Origin: Spirochaetota bacterium
GTDB lineage: Bacteria > Spirochaetota > UBA4802 > UBA5550
Reading direction: 5' to 3'
NCBI GenBank assembly: GCA_050298055.1
Contig: JBNKTL010000004.1
Location: 81,335-145,334 of the forward strand
Length of the DNA: 64,000 bases
The translations under genes were made by a program, and so were the position numbers. Positions 1 through 9,510 of the stretch are shown here, in pieces. The stretch's first letter is position 1. Each line of letters opens with the position of its first letter. Below the pieces are notes generated by a model. It was not told the DNA's origin. It was given only the letters and a program-made list of their open reading frames with translations, and searched no databases.

Positions 1-128
1 AACGAGTTAATGATATCTTTAATCCCCGGAAAGAAATATCCTGTCATGACTCCCGCAAACATGGCGGAGAAGATCCAGAGTGTGAGGAAACGGTCGAGAA
101 AAGATAACCTTTTGCCTGTTTTTTCCAT
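1..128 (-). CDS. arsB: ACR3-family arsenite efflux transporter, 5' end (runs off the window)
   Basis: Manual translation from ATG at 128: MEKTGKRLSFLDRFLTLWIFSAMFAGV, the typical Acr3 N-terminus (LSFLDRxLTLWI). AAGGAGG RBS upstream; directly downstream of arsR. Confidence 0.9.
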   Translation of the reverse strand, partial: MEKTGKRLSFLDRFLTLWIFSAMFAGVMTGYFFPGIKDIINS

Positions 129-166
129 GAGAGCCTCCTTGATTACCGGTTAATAAAAATAGCTTT

Positions 167-517
167 TCAGCTGCAGGCGTTTACCTTTTTTCTCTTAAGG
201 TAAGCAGCCATTTTGATCCTGTCTTCCCTTGCCTCTGAAGTAAGGGGCAGTGATGCCCGCAATGCCTCTATAAAATCATCTTCCGGGTTTTCCGGATCTC
301 TCTGCAGCCGGTAGTAGTTCCACCGGTTCTCACGCCTGTCATCGAGCCAACCGCTGTTTTTCAGATAAGCCAGATGCCGTGATACCGTTGACTGGGGGAG
401 CCCCAGGACCTCCATAAAGTCACAGACGCAGTATTCCTTTCCGTCAATGAGTATGGCCATTATCCGCAGACGCGTGACGTCACCCAGAGCCTTAAAAAGT
501 TTTTCCACCCTTCTCAT
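167..517 (-). CDS. arsR: ArsR/SmtB family arsenic-responsive repressor
   Basis: FKALGDVTRLRI...EYCVCDF...PQSTVSRHLAYLK winged HTH with a CVC metalloid-binding site; upstream of acr3. Start placed at MRRVEK (517). Confidence 0.9.
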   Translation of the reverse strand: MRRVEKLFKALGDVTRLRIMAILIDGKEYCVCDFMEVLGLPQSTVSRHLAYLKNSGWLDDRRENRWNYYRLQRDPENPEDDFIEALRASLPLTSEAREDRIKMAAYLKRKKVNACS

Positions 518-525
518 ATGGAACC

Positions 526-555
526 AATATATCCGCATAAGCAGATGGATGTCAA
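526..555 (-). promoter_or_regulatory. Putative ars promoter with overlapping ArsR operator
   Basis: TTGACA on the minus strand (555-550), TATATT at 531-526, and an imperfect palindrome ATCCGC-ATAA-GCAGAT (531-546) between them. Confidence 0.5.
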
Positions 556-678
556 TAGATTTTCATTTGTTAGTGATCTGTGAAAATCTTTCTCTTACTC
601 TTCTCTGTGTCGAATTTATCGTCTTGACAAATAAATTCAGGACCGTATTTTTGCAAAAAAAATATGAGGGAGTGGAAG

Positions 679-1941
679 ATGATTGATCCCCGGCTGATAC
701 GAGAGGACCTTGATGGAATAAGGGCCATGCTGAAAAAGCGTCACATGGAGGACGCGGTTGATGTTGACTACCTGAAAAAGATTGATGAGGAGAGGCGTGA
801 ACTCACCCAGGGATCCGATGAACTGAAGAGCAAAAGGAACAGGATCTCCAAAGAGATCGGGAACAGGAAGTCCCGGGGCGAAGATGCCAATGATATCATG
901 AAAGAGGTCCAGGAGATCAACGACCGGATAAAGGAGATGAGCGACCGCCTCGCCTTTCTTGACGAAGAGTACCGGGAGCTCCATCTTTCCATTCCGAATA
1001 TTCTGGACGGTTCTGTCCCTGAAGGTGCCGATGAAAAAGACAACGTGGAGGTAAGGAGCTGGGGAGAAAAGAGGGAGTTCTCCTTTGAACCGAAACCCCA
1101 TTATGAACTGGGTACCGATTCCGGGATACTGGACTTTGAGAGGGGAGTAAAGATCTCCGGCGCACGGTTCTATCTCTACAGGGGACTGGCCGCGCGCCTG
1201 GAAAGGGCCGTCATAAACTTCATGCTGGACCTGCATACGGGAGAACACGGGTATACCGAGACATTCGGGCCCTTTCTTGTTAACGATGAGAGTATGACCG
1301 CTACGGGTCAGTATCCCAAGTTCAAGGATGAGTATTACAGAATGGAGAGGGACGGCCTGTCGCTCATACCCACCGCCGAGGTGACCCTTACCAATATTTA
1401 CCGGGACGAGATCCTCAATCTTGAGGAACTTCCCGTAAACGTTACCATGCAGTCCTCCTGTTTCCGGAGAGAGGCCGGTGCCGCGGGAAAGGACACCCGG
1501 GGACTTATCAGGGTCCACCAGTTCCAGAAGGTTGAGCTTGTTAAGTTCGTTGATCCCGAAACATCCTTTGATGAACTGGAGAAGCTCACCTCCCACGCCG
1601 AGGAGGTGCTGAAGAGGCTCAACCTCCACTACCGGGTGGTCCTCCTCTCAAGCGGGGACACCTCCGCGTCCTCCGCCAGGACATATGATATCGAGGTCTG
1701 GATGCCGGGGCTTGACAGGTACCTGGAGATATCATCCTGCTCCAACTTCATGGATTACCAGGCCAGAAGGGCAAAGATAAGGTACAGAAAGGCAAAGGGT
1801 GAAAAGCCTGAGTACCTTCATACCCTTAACGGTTCGGGACTTGCCGCGGGGAGGACCCTTGCCGCAATTATGGAAAACTACCAGAGAGAGGACGGCAGCA
1901 TCGAGATCCCCGAGGTACTGAAGCCTTATATGAAGGAGTGA
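679..1941 (+). CDS. serS: Serine--tRNA ligase
   Basis: N-terminal coiled-coil arm, [32 protein letters not shown] (motif 2), [19 protein letters not shown] (motif 3). Start probably at MIDPR. Confidence 0.98.
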   Translation: MIDPRLIREDLDGIRAMLKKRHMEDAVDVDYLKKIDEERRELTQGSDELKSKRNRISKEIGNRKSRGEDANDIMKEVQEINDRIKEMSDRLAFLDEEYRELHLSIPNILDGSVPEGADEKDNVEVRSWGEKREFSFEPKPHYELGTDSGILDFERGVKISGARFYLYRGLAARLERAVINFMLDLHTGEHGYTETFGPFLVNDESMTATGQYPKFKDEYYRMERDGLSLIPTAEVTLTNIYRDEILNLEELPVNVTMQSSCFRREAGAAGKDTRGLIRVHQFQKVELVKFVDPETSFDELEKLTSHAEEVLKRLNLHYRVVLLSSGDTSASSARTYDIEVWMPGLDRYLEISSCSNFMDYQARRAKIRYRKAKGEKPEYLHTLNGSGLAAGRTLAAIMENYQREDGSIEIPEVLKPYMKE

Positions 1942-2221
1942 AGATCCATTGGGAGTCCTTTAATAATATTAGAATTATTCACATCATCGTAGTTAGATAT
2001 AAAGAAAATTTTCTTCTGCTAGTTTTTTGATATTATTTCAAAAGAATTTATTATACAGAACAGATCCTAAATAATTGATAGATAGTATTTCTCATGAAAA
2101 TGGAAACTAGAATGGAATGCTTTTTTTATTTGATATTGTAATAAGAAGTGGTGGACAAAAATTCATAATTGATATAACCAGTCATATGTATAGTGTGCAT
2201 TAATCCTATGCAGTTTTAAAA

Positions 2222-5161
2222 ATGATGAAAATATCAAAAATATTAGAAGAAATTGGTATTTCAAAAGAGAATGATTATTTTTATCTCTTTAGTGATAATG
2301 AATGGAAGAAAAAAATACCTATAAGATTGCATAAAGGACTCATAGAAATAAATCCACATAGTTTTCTCCTTCATGAAAATAAAATTATCGCTTTATTTTT
2401 CATCTTTACATCAAACGAAAATGTAAACATTAAAGTACTCTTTAAAAAAATCTGGAATTTGGGGGGGAGCCCGATAATTTTTATCATATCTGAAGATGAT
2501 TTAAAGATATATAATGGATTTTCATTTGATACAAAAGAATCTCGTTTTGATAAACTTAAAGTTGGAAACAAAGACGTAACAAGAGAAAATATTAAAAGTC
2601 ATCTATCTATTTGGGACATTATTTCCGGGAAAACATTTAAAAACCTAACAACAAAAAAAACGCAGGTTGATGAAAAATTATTAGAAAACCTTGAAAATAC
2701 AAAAGAAATCCTTATAAATAATGGATTAGATAATACTTATGCACAAAATATTATTGGCAGATTAATCTTTTCAAGATATTTACTCGATAGAAGAGTAAAA
2801 ATAAAATCAAAATATTTTACTGATAAAAAGAGTTTTCTTGAATTAATAAAAAATAAAGAATTGCTTTATGAATATTTTGATTATTTGAAGACAACTTTCA
2901 ATGGGGACCTATTTCCTGTAAAGAAAAATGAAATTGATAAAGTAAATGGTCGACATCTCAAATATTTATATGAACTTTTTTCAGGAAGTTATATACATAA
3001 TAATGGAATACAAAAGTCTCTATTCGAAATGTATGATTTCAATATTATTCCAATTGAATTAATATCAGAAGTTTATGAGCGATTTATTGGAAAAGAAAAT
3101 CAAAAGACAAATGCCGCTTATTATACTCCATCATTTTTAGTTGACTACATACTTGAAAAAACTGTTAAGCTTCATTTGAATGGTAATAAAGCATGCAAAG
3201 TGCTTGATCCTTCATGTGGTTCGGGAATTTTCCTTGTTGAATCATTGAGGGCCATAATTGAAAATAACCTTGATAGACAGGGAAACATACAAAAAGAGAA
3301 ATTAAAGCAACTTCTTATAGAAAATATATTTGGAATTGACATTGATGAAAACGCAATTAATTTAACAGTCTTTTCATTATGTTTAACACTGCTCGATTAT
3401 GTTGAACCAAAGGATATTACTAAATTCAAATTTCCTGAATTGTTAAACAAGAACCTTTTTACTGCTGACTTTTTTGATACTGAGCATTCATTTAATAAAA
3501 CTATTAATAATTTAGACTTTATAATAGGGAATCCACCATGGGGGAGCAATAAAGAAGAACTTCATCTCCAATATATCAAATCAAAAAATATTCCAATAAG
3601 TGATAAGCAAATTGCTCAAACGTTTACCATAAGGACAAAGGATTTTTCAAATAAAAAAACGAAGTGTACCTTGGTTCTACCAAGTTCATCTATCCTGTAC
3701 AACCTCAACGCAAAAGAATTCAGGTATTATTTATTAAATTCATTTTTTATTAAAGAGATTCTTGAACTATCACCGGTAAGAAATCAGATCTTTTCAGGGG
3801 CGGTTGCGCCGACTTCAATTGTTTTCTATCAATATTCACATAATGTGAACATAGAAAATAATGTTGTATTGCATACCTCTGTTAAACCGAATATCTTTTT
3901 ACAATATCTGAAATTAATTGTAATAGAAAAGAATGATATAAAACAAATCAAGCAGCATTACTTCATTAAGTATGATTATCTATGGAAAATAATGCTTTAT
4001 GGAAATGTTTTAGATTTTTATCTGATTAAAAGGCTTAAAGAGGAGCATGATAATCTTAATCAAGTTATAGAAAAAAGAAAACTTCTTTTTGGGCAAGGTT
4101 TTATTAAAGGAGATAAAAAAAGAAAATTTCACCCAAAACATTTACTTGGCAAAATATTCTTAGACATGAATAAGAAGCCATTATCAAAATTTTACATAAA
4201 AAAAAGTGAATTGAGTGTTTATAATGACAAAAGTTTGATTTATCGGCGTGGCAAGTATGAAGGTAAAATATTTAAACCACCATATGTTTTATTAAAAAAA
4301 GGGTTTTCTAAGCAAAATTTTTCAATTGTATCTGCTTATACTGAAAATGAGTTTGTTTTTACTGATTCGATTACAGCAATAAAAGGGAAGGCGGATGATG
4401 GGTCACTGTTGAAGAATATTTGTGGCTGTTTAAATTCATCATTGTCCAGTTATCATTTTTTATTACAAGGTTCATCTGCTGGAATTGAAAGAGAGCAAGG
4501 TCATAATAAAGATGATAGATTTACTCTACCTATTATAATAAACAATAAAATCAGTAGCAAAGTTGATATAATACAAAACCTCTATAAACAGTTGTATTCA
4601 GAGATAATGTATAATTATAAAATAGAATCACTTATTGAATCTGAACAAAAAAAATTAAATGAATTAATATTAAAATCATTTAAATTTTCAGATTTGGAAA
4701 AATCATTAATAGATTATGCAATTCGAATTACCATACCGCAGATAAATAACAAACCGGAACCGTTAGAAAGAACATCATCCGAACAATTACACAAATATGC
4801 AGAAATATTTTTAGACCACTTTGCTTCGAGATGGAATGGGAATCCAAATTATTTTGCCATAGATATTTATTATGATAATAATATTGTTGGAATGAACTTC
4901 AAAGTATTAGATTCTAAACCTGATAATAAGGTGAAAATATATTCTGATAAAAAGGTTGAAGAACTATTTCAGCTAATAAAACTAGGAGAAGAAAAAATTA
5001 CCGATGTTTTTTATAAGCAGAGAGATATCCGTGGTTTTAATGAGTTGTCTTTTTATGTGATAAAAGCTAACCAGTATAAAAATTGGCACCATGCAGTAGC
5101 TCATGGTGATTTGCTTGAATTTGTTGAAGCTATGCTCCAAGCAGAAAAAGAAATTCCATAG
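2222..5161 (+). CDS. N6-adenine DNA methyltransferase, type IIG/Eco57I-like restriction-modification protein with C-terminal target-recognition region
   Basis: FNGDLF, YYTP, VLDPSCGSGIFL (SAM-binding motif I), IFGIDID, IIGNPPW (motif IV). 979 aa; strongly AT-rich compared with its flanks. Confidence 0.9.
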   Translation: MMKISKILEEIGISKENDYFYLFSDNEWKKKIPIRLHKGLIEINPHSFLLHENKIIALFFIFTSNENVNIKVLFKKIWNLGGSPIIFIISEDDLKIYNGFSFDTKESRFDKLKVGNKDVTRENIKSHLSIWDIISGKTFKNLTTKKTQVDEKLLENLENTKEILINNGLDNTYAQNIIGRLIFSRYLLDRRVKIKSKYFTDKKSFLELIKNKELLYEYFDYLKTTFNGDLFPVKKNEIDKVNGRHLKYLYELFSGSYIHNNGIQKSLFEMYDFNIIPIELISEVYERFIGKENQKTNAAYYTPSFLVDYILEKTVKLHLNGNKACKVLDPSCGSGIFLVESLRAIIENNLDRQGNIQKEKLKQLLIENIFGIDIDENAINLTVFSLCLTLLDYVEPKDITKFKFPELLNKNLFTADFFDTEHSFNKTINNLDFIIGNPPWGSNKEELHLQYIKSKNIPISDKQIAQTFTIRTKDFSNKKTKCTLVLPSSSILYNLNAKEFRYYLLNSFFIKEILELSPVRNQIFSGAVAPTSIVFYQYSHNVNIENNVVLHTSVKPNIFLQYLKLIVIEKNDIKQIKQHYFIKYDYLWKIMLYGNVLDFYLIKRLKEEHDNLNQVIEKRKLLFGQGFIKGDKKRKFHPKHLLGKIFLDMNKKPLSKFYIKKSELSVYNDKSLIYRRGKYEGKIFKPPYVLLKKGFSKQNFSIVSAYTENEFVFTDSITAIKGKADDGSLLKNICGCLNSSLSSYHFLLQGSSAGIEREQGHNKDDRFTLPIIINNKISSKVDIIQNLYKQLYSEIMYNYKIESLIESEQKKLNELILKSFKFSDLEKSLIDYAIRITIPQINNKPEPLERTSSEQLHKYAEIFLDHFASRWNGNPNYFAIDIYYDNNIVGMNFKVLDSKPDNKVKIYSDKKVEELFQLIKLGEEKITDVFYKQRDIRGFNELSFYVIKANQYKNWHHAVAHGDLLEFVEAMLQAEKEIP

Positions 5162-5171
5162 AAAAAGTAAT

Positions 5172-5795
5172 ATGGACGCATCTGTTTTTAAACATAGTTT
5201 TGGCTCTCATCTTGATTACATTAAGATAGCATATGTTTTTTTGATTGAGGCATATGAGGATTTGATTAGAAATAACTACATTGCTAATAATGAAAATAGA
5301 ATTCGTGATGATTTAGTAAAAATTGCTAAATTAAAAAAGAATACAAAATTTCCTTTTCGTTGGATTACGGAATTTCCTGATATTAAAAGAAATAATAGAA
5401 TTGATATTGATTTAGCTACTCCGCAAAGCTTACTAGATGATTCAAGTGCAATTAAAATTGAATGTAAAGTTGTTGGAGTAAACGAATATATTGATTCAAA
5501 AAAAACATTCAAGAGAATAAATAGTCCAACGAATGGTATTATGAGTTTTATTTCTGGAAAATATTCACCTAAGATGCCTTTAGCAGGAATGATCGGGTTT
5601 GTTAAAGAAGGTGATATCAGTGTTAAAATTGATCGTATTAAAAAGAAACTTCAAGAACATCAAGATATAGTAACAATTCAAAATTTAACACACTTTACAA
5701 TTTGTAGTAATTTTAAATATAGTTATCATTCAAAACACAAAAGATCTAATCTGAAAGACATTTCAATCTATCATTTGTTATTTGATTTTTCGTAA
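5172..5795 (+). CDS. Hypothetical protein, PD-(D/E)XK nuclease-like
   Basis: ATG 10 nt after the MTase stop. Pattern E..IRD...E...NRIDI...IECK, then GIMSFISGKY and GMIGFV. Same low GC as the MTase. Confidence 0.6.
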   Translation: MDASVFKHSFGSHLDYIKIAYVFLIEAYEDLIRNNYIANNENRIRDDLVKIAKLKKNTKFPFRWITEFPDIKRNNRIDIDLATPQSLLDDSSAIKIECKVVGVNEYIDSKKTFKRINSPTNGIMSFISGKYSPKMPLAGMIGFVKEGDISVKIDRIKKKLQEHQDIVTIQNLTHFTICSNFKYSYHSKHKRSNLKDISIYHLLFDFS

Positions 5796-5866
5796 GAATG
5801 AATAGGCATCTATAATTAAACAAGTATATTTGAATTATTGTATTGTTGATATCATATGGTAAATTA

Positions 5867-6868
5867 ATGCTTCACATTAAACCGGATTTTCTCGACTGGA
5901 CCCTCGTAAGACAGGGGTTCTCCCTCTCTCTCGCAAGGCAGGTCCCCCTGACCCTGGAGGGAGCGGTCTCCTGGCTTGAGGAGAATCCCTTTTATAAAAA
6001 CATCCTTAACGATATCTCCCGGGCCGCGGACGCAATGGGTGCCGGTTCCCCGGAGGTTTCCGGGAATGATATTATTTTCACTCCTTCCGGAATATCCGGA
6101 GGGAGTTTTTCCCTGGATACTCACCGGGAATCCGCCCTTTCAGAGACGGTGCTTTTTGCCGCCCCTTTTTTATTCGGCAGGAAACAGAGGACCCTCCTTC
6201 ACCTGAAAGGTGTCACCCATCCCCTTGTTTCATTTTCAACAAACCAGCTCCAGGAGACCCTCTTTTCCCTTCTGGAACTTCAGGGTTTTTACGCGGGAGC
6301 GGTTTTAAAGCGGTATGGTTTTCACGGATCCGGTGAGGGAGAGGCAGAGGTGCGGATCTATCCCGGGGAAAAGACCGGTTTCACCTTTAATCCCCGTATT
6401 GATTCATGGGAAACACGGGACGGGGGCATTGTCTTTTCCGGGCCCTATATGAAGGATGCCGGGGATATCCGGGAGGTTCTTTCCCATGAAAAGGGCCTTG
6501 ATGAGAGCAGGGTGAGGATCCTGGAGGTGCAGAATTCAGCGGGAGAGGGGTTCTATCTTTTTATTGTTCTCAATATTAAGCTTTCCGAAACCGGGAAAGA
6601 AATTCCCCTTGTTCTCTCCGGCGCGGTGGATACCCGCAGGGGGAGGGACAATTTTGAGGATGAGTGTTACAGGACACTGACCCGGCTGAAAAATTCGGTG
6701 CGGGCCATGGATGAAGAGAGACTCCTTCCCGCGGAACTGGTCCGTGAGATCATGCCCTACTCATTATTTACCGAAGGGATTGTTCCTGAAAAAATTCTCG
6801 AGGTTTATCAAGATAGTTCAGAAATTCAGGCTACTGCGGAACTGGTAAAGAGATTTCATTTGTTTTGA
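5867..6868 (+). CDS. RNA 3'-terminal phosphate cyclase (RtcA)-like protein, divergent and probably non-catalytic
   Basis: RtcA-like segments: LVRQGFSLSL, GSPEV...IIFTPSGISGG, LHLKGVTH, LKRYGFHGSGEGEAEVRIYP. The GEGGGQ and DxHLADQ motifs are not recognisable. Confidence 0.7.
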   Translation: MLHIKPDFLDWTLVRQGFSLSLARQVPLTLEGAVSWLEENPFYKNILNDISRAADAMGAGSPEVSGNDIIFTPSGISGGSFSLDTHRESALSETVLFAAPFLFGRKQRTLLHLKGVTHPLVSFSTNQLQETLFSLLELQGFYAGAVLKRYGFHGSGEGEAEVRIYPGEKTGFTFNPRIDSWETRDGGIVFSGPYMKDAGDIREVLSHEKGLDESRVRILEVQNSAGEGFYLFIVLNIKLSETGKEIPLVLSGAVDTRRGRDNFEDECYRTLTRLKNSVRAMDEERLLPAELVREIMPYSLFTEGIVPEKILEVYQDSSEIQATAELVKRFHLF

Positions 6869-6877
6869 CAATAATGT

Positions 6878-7807
6878 TTGCTCTCCCCTGCAGAGGAATT
6901 TTTTAAAAGTGAGGATAAGAGGATGAAAGATCCGAAAGAAGTTTTTGTTAAGCTGTTTTCCTTCCTGGTCTCCACCGATGAGGACCGGGAGCTTCTTAAT
7001 GCCATGGCATCATACGTGTGCCATATTGAGACAGGGGACCGCGAATATCGTGTGGTCCTGAACACGCCCGGCAAGTGGTACCTCCTGCACGCGTATCCGC
7101 CCCGGGACTCCGACCTGAAACCATCAATGCCCGGGGACTACCTCAAAATTATGCGTCACCATTCAGACCTGATGCTGTCGTTATGCTTTATGGCCAGTGA
7201 TGTTGCCACAACACTGGAGAAGCAGGTTGCCGAGGATATTGGTGTCTCTTTCTGGTTTCCCGATTGGTGCGATCCCTATGACTGGTTACGTACTCTTGTA
7301 CAGGATTCTCCTGTGGCCGGTGACGAGGAGATTGATGCAATTGATTTTGTTCTTGGTTTTTCTTTTGGTTGTTACTTCCTGACAGGCTCTGACCAGGAAG
7401 ACCGCCGAATGGTCTTTGTGGACCGCGATTCTCCTCTTCAGGGACTTGACGAGCTCTTCGGTAAAACGCAGGAGTCCGGAGAGGGGAAAGGATCCTCAGA
7501 GTACTCCCGTTTTGCCCGAATGGAAGTTGGTTCCCTGTATCTGAAACTTGCCTATCGGTTCGTTGTGGAAAGCATAAAAATTTATAAGGTTAAACTGGTG
7601 TCCGGGGGGAGCCGAAAGTCAGATACCATCAGTGGACTGAGCTCTCTGATGGGGATCAACCTGGAGGAAGCCCGGGACCTTGTGGAACGTTCGCCTGTTA
7701 TCATAAAAGAGGGGATTGAGACCATGGATGCGGCCAGAGAACTCGTGGAAAAACTTGAGGAACTGGGGGCAGTGGCTACGATGAGTGATGAGAAAAAATT
7801 TCCCTGA
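6878..7807 (+). CDS. Hypothetical protein with C-terminal ribosomal L7/L12 CTD-like domain
   Basis: C-terminal YKVKLVSGGSRKSDTI...GINLEEARDLVERSPVIIKEGI...ARELVEKLEELGA follows the L7/L12 C-terminal pattern. N-terminal ~230 aa unrecognised. Confidence 0.65.
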   Translation: MLSPAEEFFKSEDKRMKDPKEVFVKLFSFLVSTDEDRELLNAMASYVCHIETGDREYRVVLNTPGKWYLLHAYPPRDSDLKPSMPGDYLKIMRHHSDLMLSLCFMASDVATTLEKQVAEDIGVSFWFPDWCDPYDWLRTLVQDSPVAGDEEIDAIDFVLGFSFGCYFLTGSDQEDRRMVFVDRDSPLQGLDELFGKTQESGEGKGSSEYSRFARMEVGSLYLKLAYRFVVESIKIYKVKLVSGGSRKSDTISGLSSLMGINLEEARDLVERSPVIIKEGIETMDAARELVEKLEELGAVATMSDEKKFP

Positions 7808-9021
7808 TGAATTCATTAAAGATTGTCTTTATAATACTTCTCCTGTTAACCTGTCATTCATGTAAAAAGGACTCTCACCTCTCGCCGAAAGAGCTGCTGG
7901 GGAAAAAACTTTTTTTTGATGAGAACCTGTCATCGCCTCCCGGGCAATCGTGTGCAACCTGCCATGACAGGAAAGGAGGATGGGCCGGACCAGATTCAAA
8001 AATCAACAGGGAAACCGGCATATACCCGGGGGCCCTGAAACCAAGATTTGGAAGACGCAAACCCCCTGCAGCGGCATATTCCGGGTTCAGCCCTCCACTC
8101 CACATTGACAAAGAAGGAAATTTTATCGGAGGCCTTTTCTGGGATGGCAGAGCCACAGGCTGGGAGACAGGAGACCCCCTGGCAGAACAGGCCATGGCCC
8201 CCTTTTTAAATCCACTGGAACAAAATCTTGCAAACAAAGAGGAAGTCATTAAAAGAGTGATTGCATCAGATTATGCTGATCTTTTTGAAAAGGTATGGGG
8301 AAAAGGCGCACTTTCTCTTAAGGAGATTGATAAAACATATATATTCATTGTTCGATCCATTGCCTCATATGAACGGTCCATTGAATTGAATCCCTTTAAT
8401 TCCAAATTTGATGACTTCTGGAAAAAGACCGTAAAGGCCGGCCTGGATGTAGAGAAAATTGATGCAGAGAATCAAAACACCTTCCGTGGCCTTGGTCTCG
8501 GTGAAAGAGAACTGAAAGGTCTTGTCATATTTAATACAAAGGGTAAATGTTCTCAATGTCATGTCTTAACCTCTGATGGTACACCGCCACTCTTTACTGA
8601 TTTCACATATGACAATCTCGGTGTACCACGGAATCCGAGGAATCCATTTTACAGGCAGGATAAAAAAATCAATCCCCTGGGGATAAAGTGGACAGATCCG
8701 GGCCTGGGTGAATTTCTAAAAACCGTACCAAAATTCAGGAAATACGCCCGCCGGAACCTGGGCAAACACAGGGTACCAACTCTGCGCAATGTTGACATGA
8801 AGGAATCGGATAGATTTAACAAGTCCTTTATGCACAATGGCGTCTTCACCACCTTAAAGGAAGTTCTTGATTTTTACAACACCCGGGATATTGCTGAAAA
8901 AAACTGGCCGAAACCTGAAGTAAAAGAAAATGTCAATACGGATGAATTGGGAAATCTGAAATTGACTGATGCAGAGATTGATGATGTGCTGATATTTCTT
9001 AAAACACTCTCCGATGGATAA
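7807..9021 (+). CDS. Di-heme cytochrome c peroxidase (CcpA/MauG family), lipoprotein
   Basis: LGKKLFFDENLS, CATCH, FWDGRA, CSQCH, LFTDFTYDNLG, VPTLRNV, FMHNG; lipobox-like LTCHSC. Confidence 0.9.
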   Translation: MNSLKIVFIILLLLTCHSCKKDSHLSPKELLGKKLFFDENLSSPPGQSCATCHDRKGGWAGPDSKINRETGIYPGALKPRFGRRKPPAAAYSGFSPPLHIDKEGNFIGGLFWDGRATGWETGDPLAEQAMAPFLNPLEQNLANKEEVIKRVIASDYADLFEKVWGKGALSLKEIDKTYIFIVRSIASYERSIELNPFNSKFDDFWKKTVKAGLDVEKIDAENQNTFRGLGLGERELKGLVIFNTKGKCSQCHVLTSDGTPPLFTDFTYDNLGVPRNPRNPFYRQDKKINPLGIKWTDPGLGEFLKTVPKFRKYARRNLGKHRVPTLRNVDMKESDRFNKSFMHNGVFTTLKEVLDFYNTRDIAEKNWPKPEVKENVNTDELGNLKLTDAEIDDVLIFLKTLSDG

Positions 9022-9047
9022 ATTTTAAGCAGAGATTTAAAATTATC

Positions 9048-9326
9048 TTAAAAAATACCCGCCTTTTTCAGTTCTTCTTCGGAGAGTTCGGTTATATCAA
9101 TGATGTCTTCCAGGGAGAATCCCTTCTCATGCATCTTTCGGGCATCTTTAAGCCTGCCTTCAAGAATTCCTTCTAATTTCCCTTCAGTTATACCTTCCCG
9201 TTTTCCCTGTTCTGTCAATCTTTGAGCTAATGACGGCATAATTTTACCTCCCGGGATTTCCTTTTCATCTATTATGTCGGCCAGTTTTTCAAAACTGATG
9301 CCCTTTACATGCATTATGTAGGTCAT
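9048..9326 (-). pseudogene. C-terminal fragment of an Rpn/YhgA-like (PD-(D/E)XK transposase_31) protein; internal small ORF 9239-9048
   Basis: MPSLAQRLTEQGKREGITEGKLEGILEG...ARKMHEKGFSLEDIIDITELSEEEL is the Rpn C-terminal signature. No N-terminal nuclease domain upstream. Confidence 0.7.
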
Positions 9327-9510
9327 ATCCTCGCCGGTTTCGGCATGCGGTTTTAATGATGAGTTGAGTTTAACCTGTCAGGCAACATCTTAATAGCCCA
9401 AAAAAAGCAAAATATTTCGAGAATATTCTTGATGACATTACCCTTCTGAGAAAAATGGAATTGCAGATAATAATAAAAAAGAAACAGGATGTTATTAAAA
9501 AGGGTATTCC

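Noticed and set aside
637..1629. 330-aa ORF antisense to serS, and similar long shadow ORFs (44840-45658, 60640-61470, 22104-22682)
   Set aside because: They lie opposite confidently identified genes and carry no recognisable motifs; they are codon-bias shadows.
1942..2221. tRNA or att site at the left edge of the AT-rich island
   Set aside because: No cloverleaf, flanking direct repeat or integrase could be seen.
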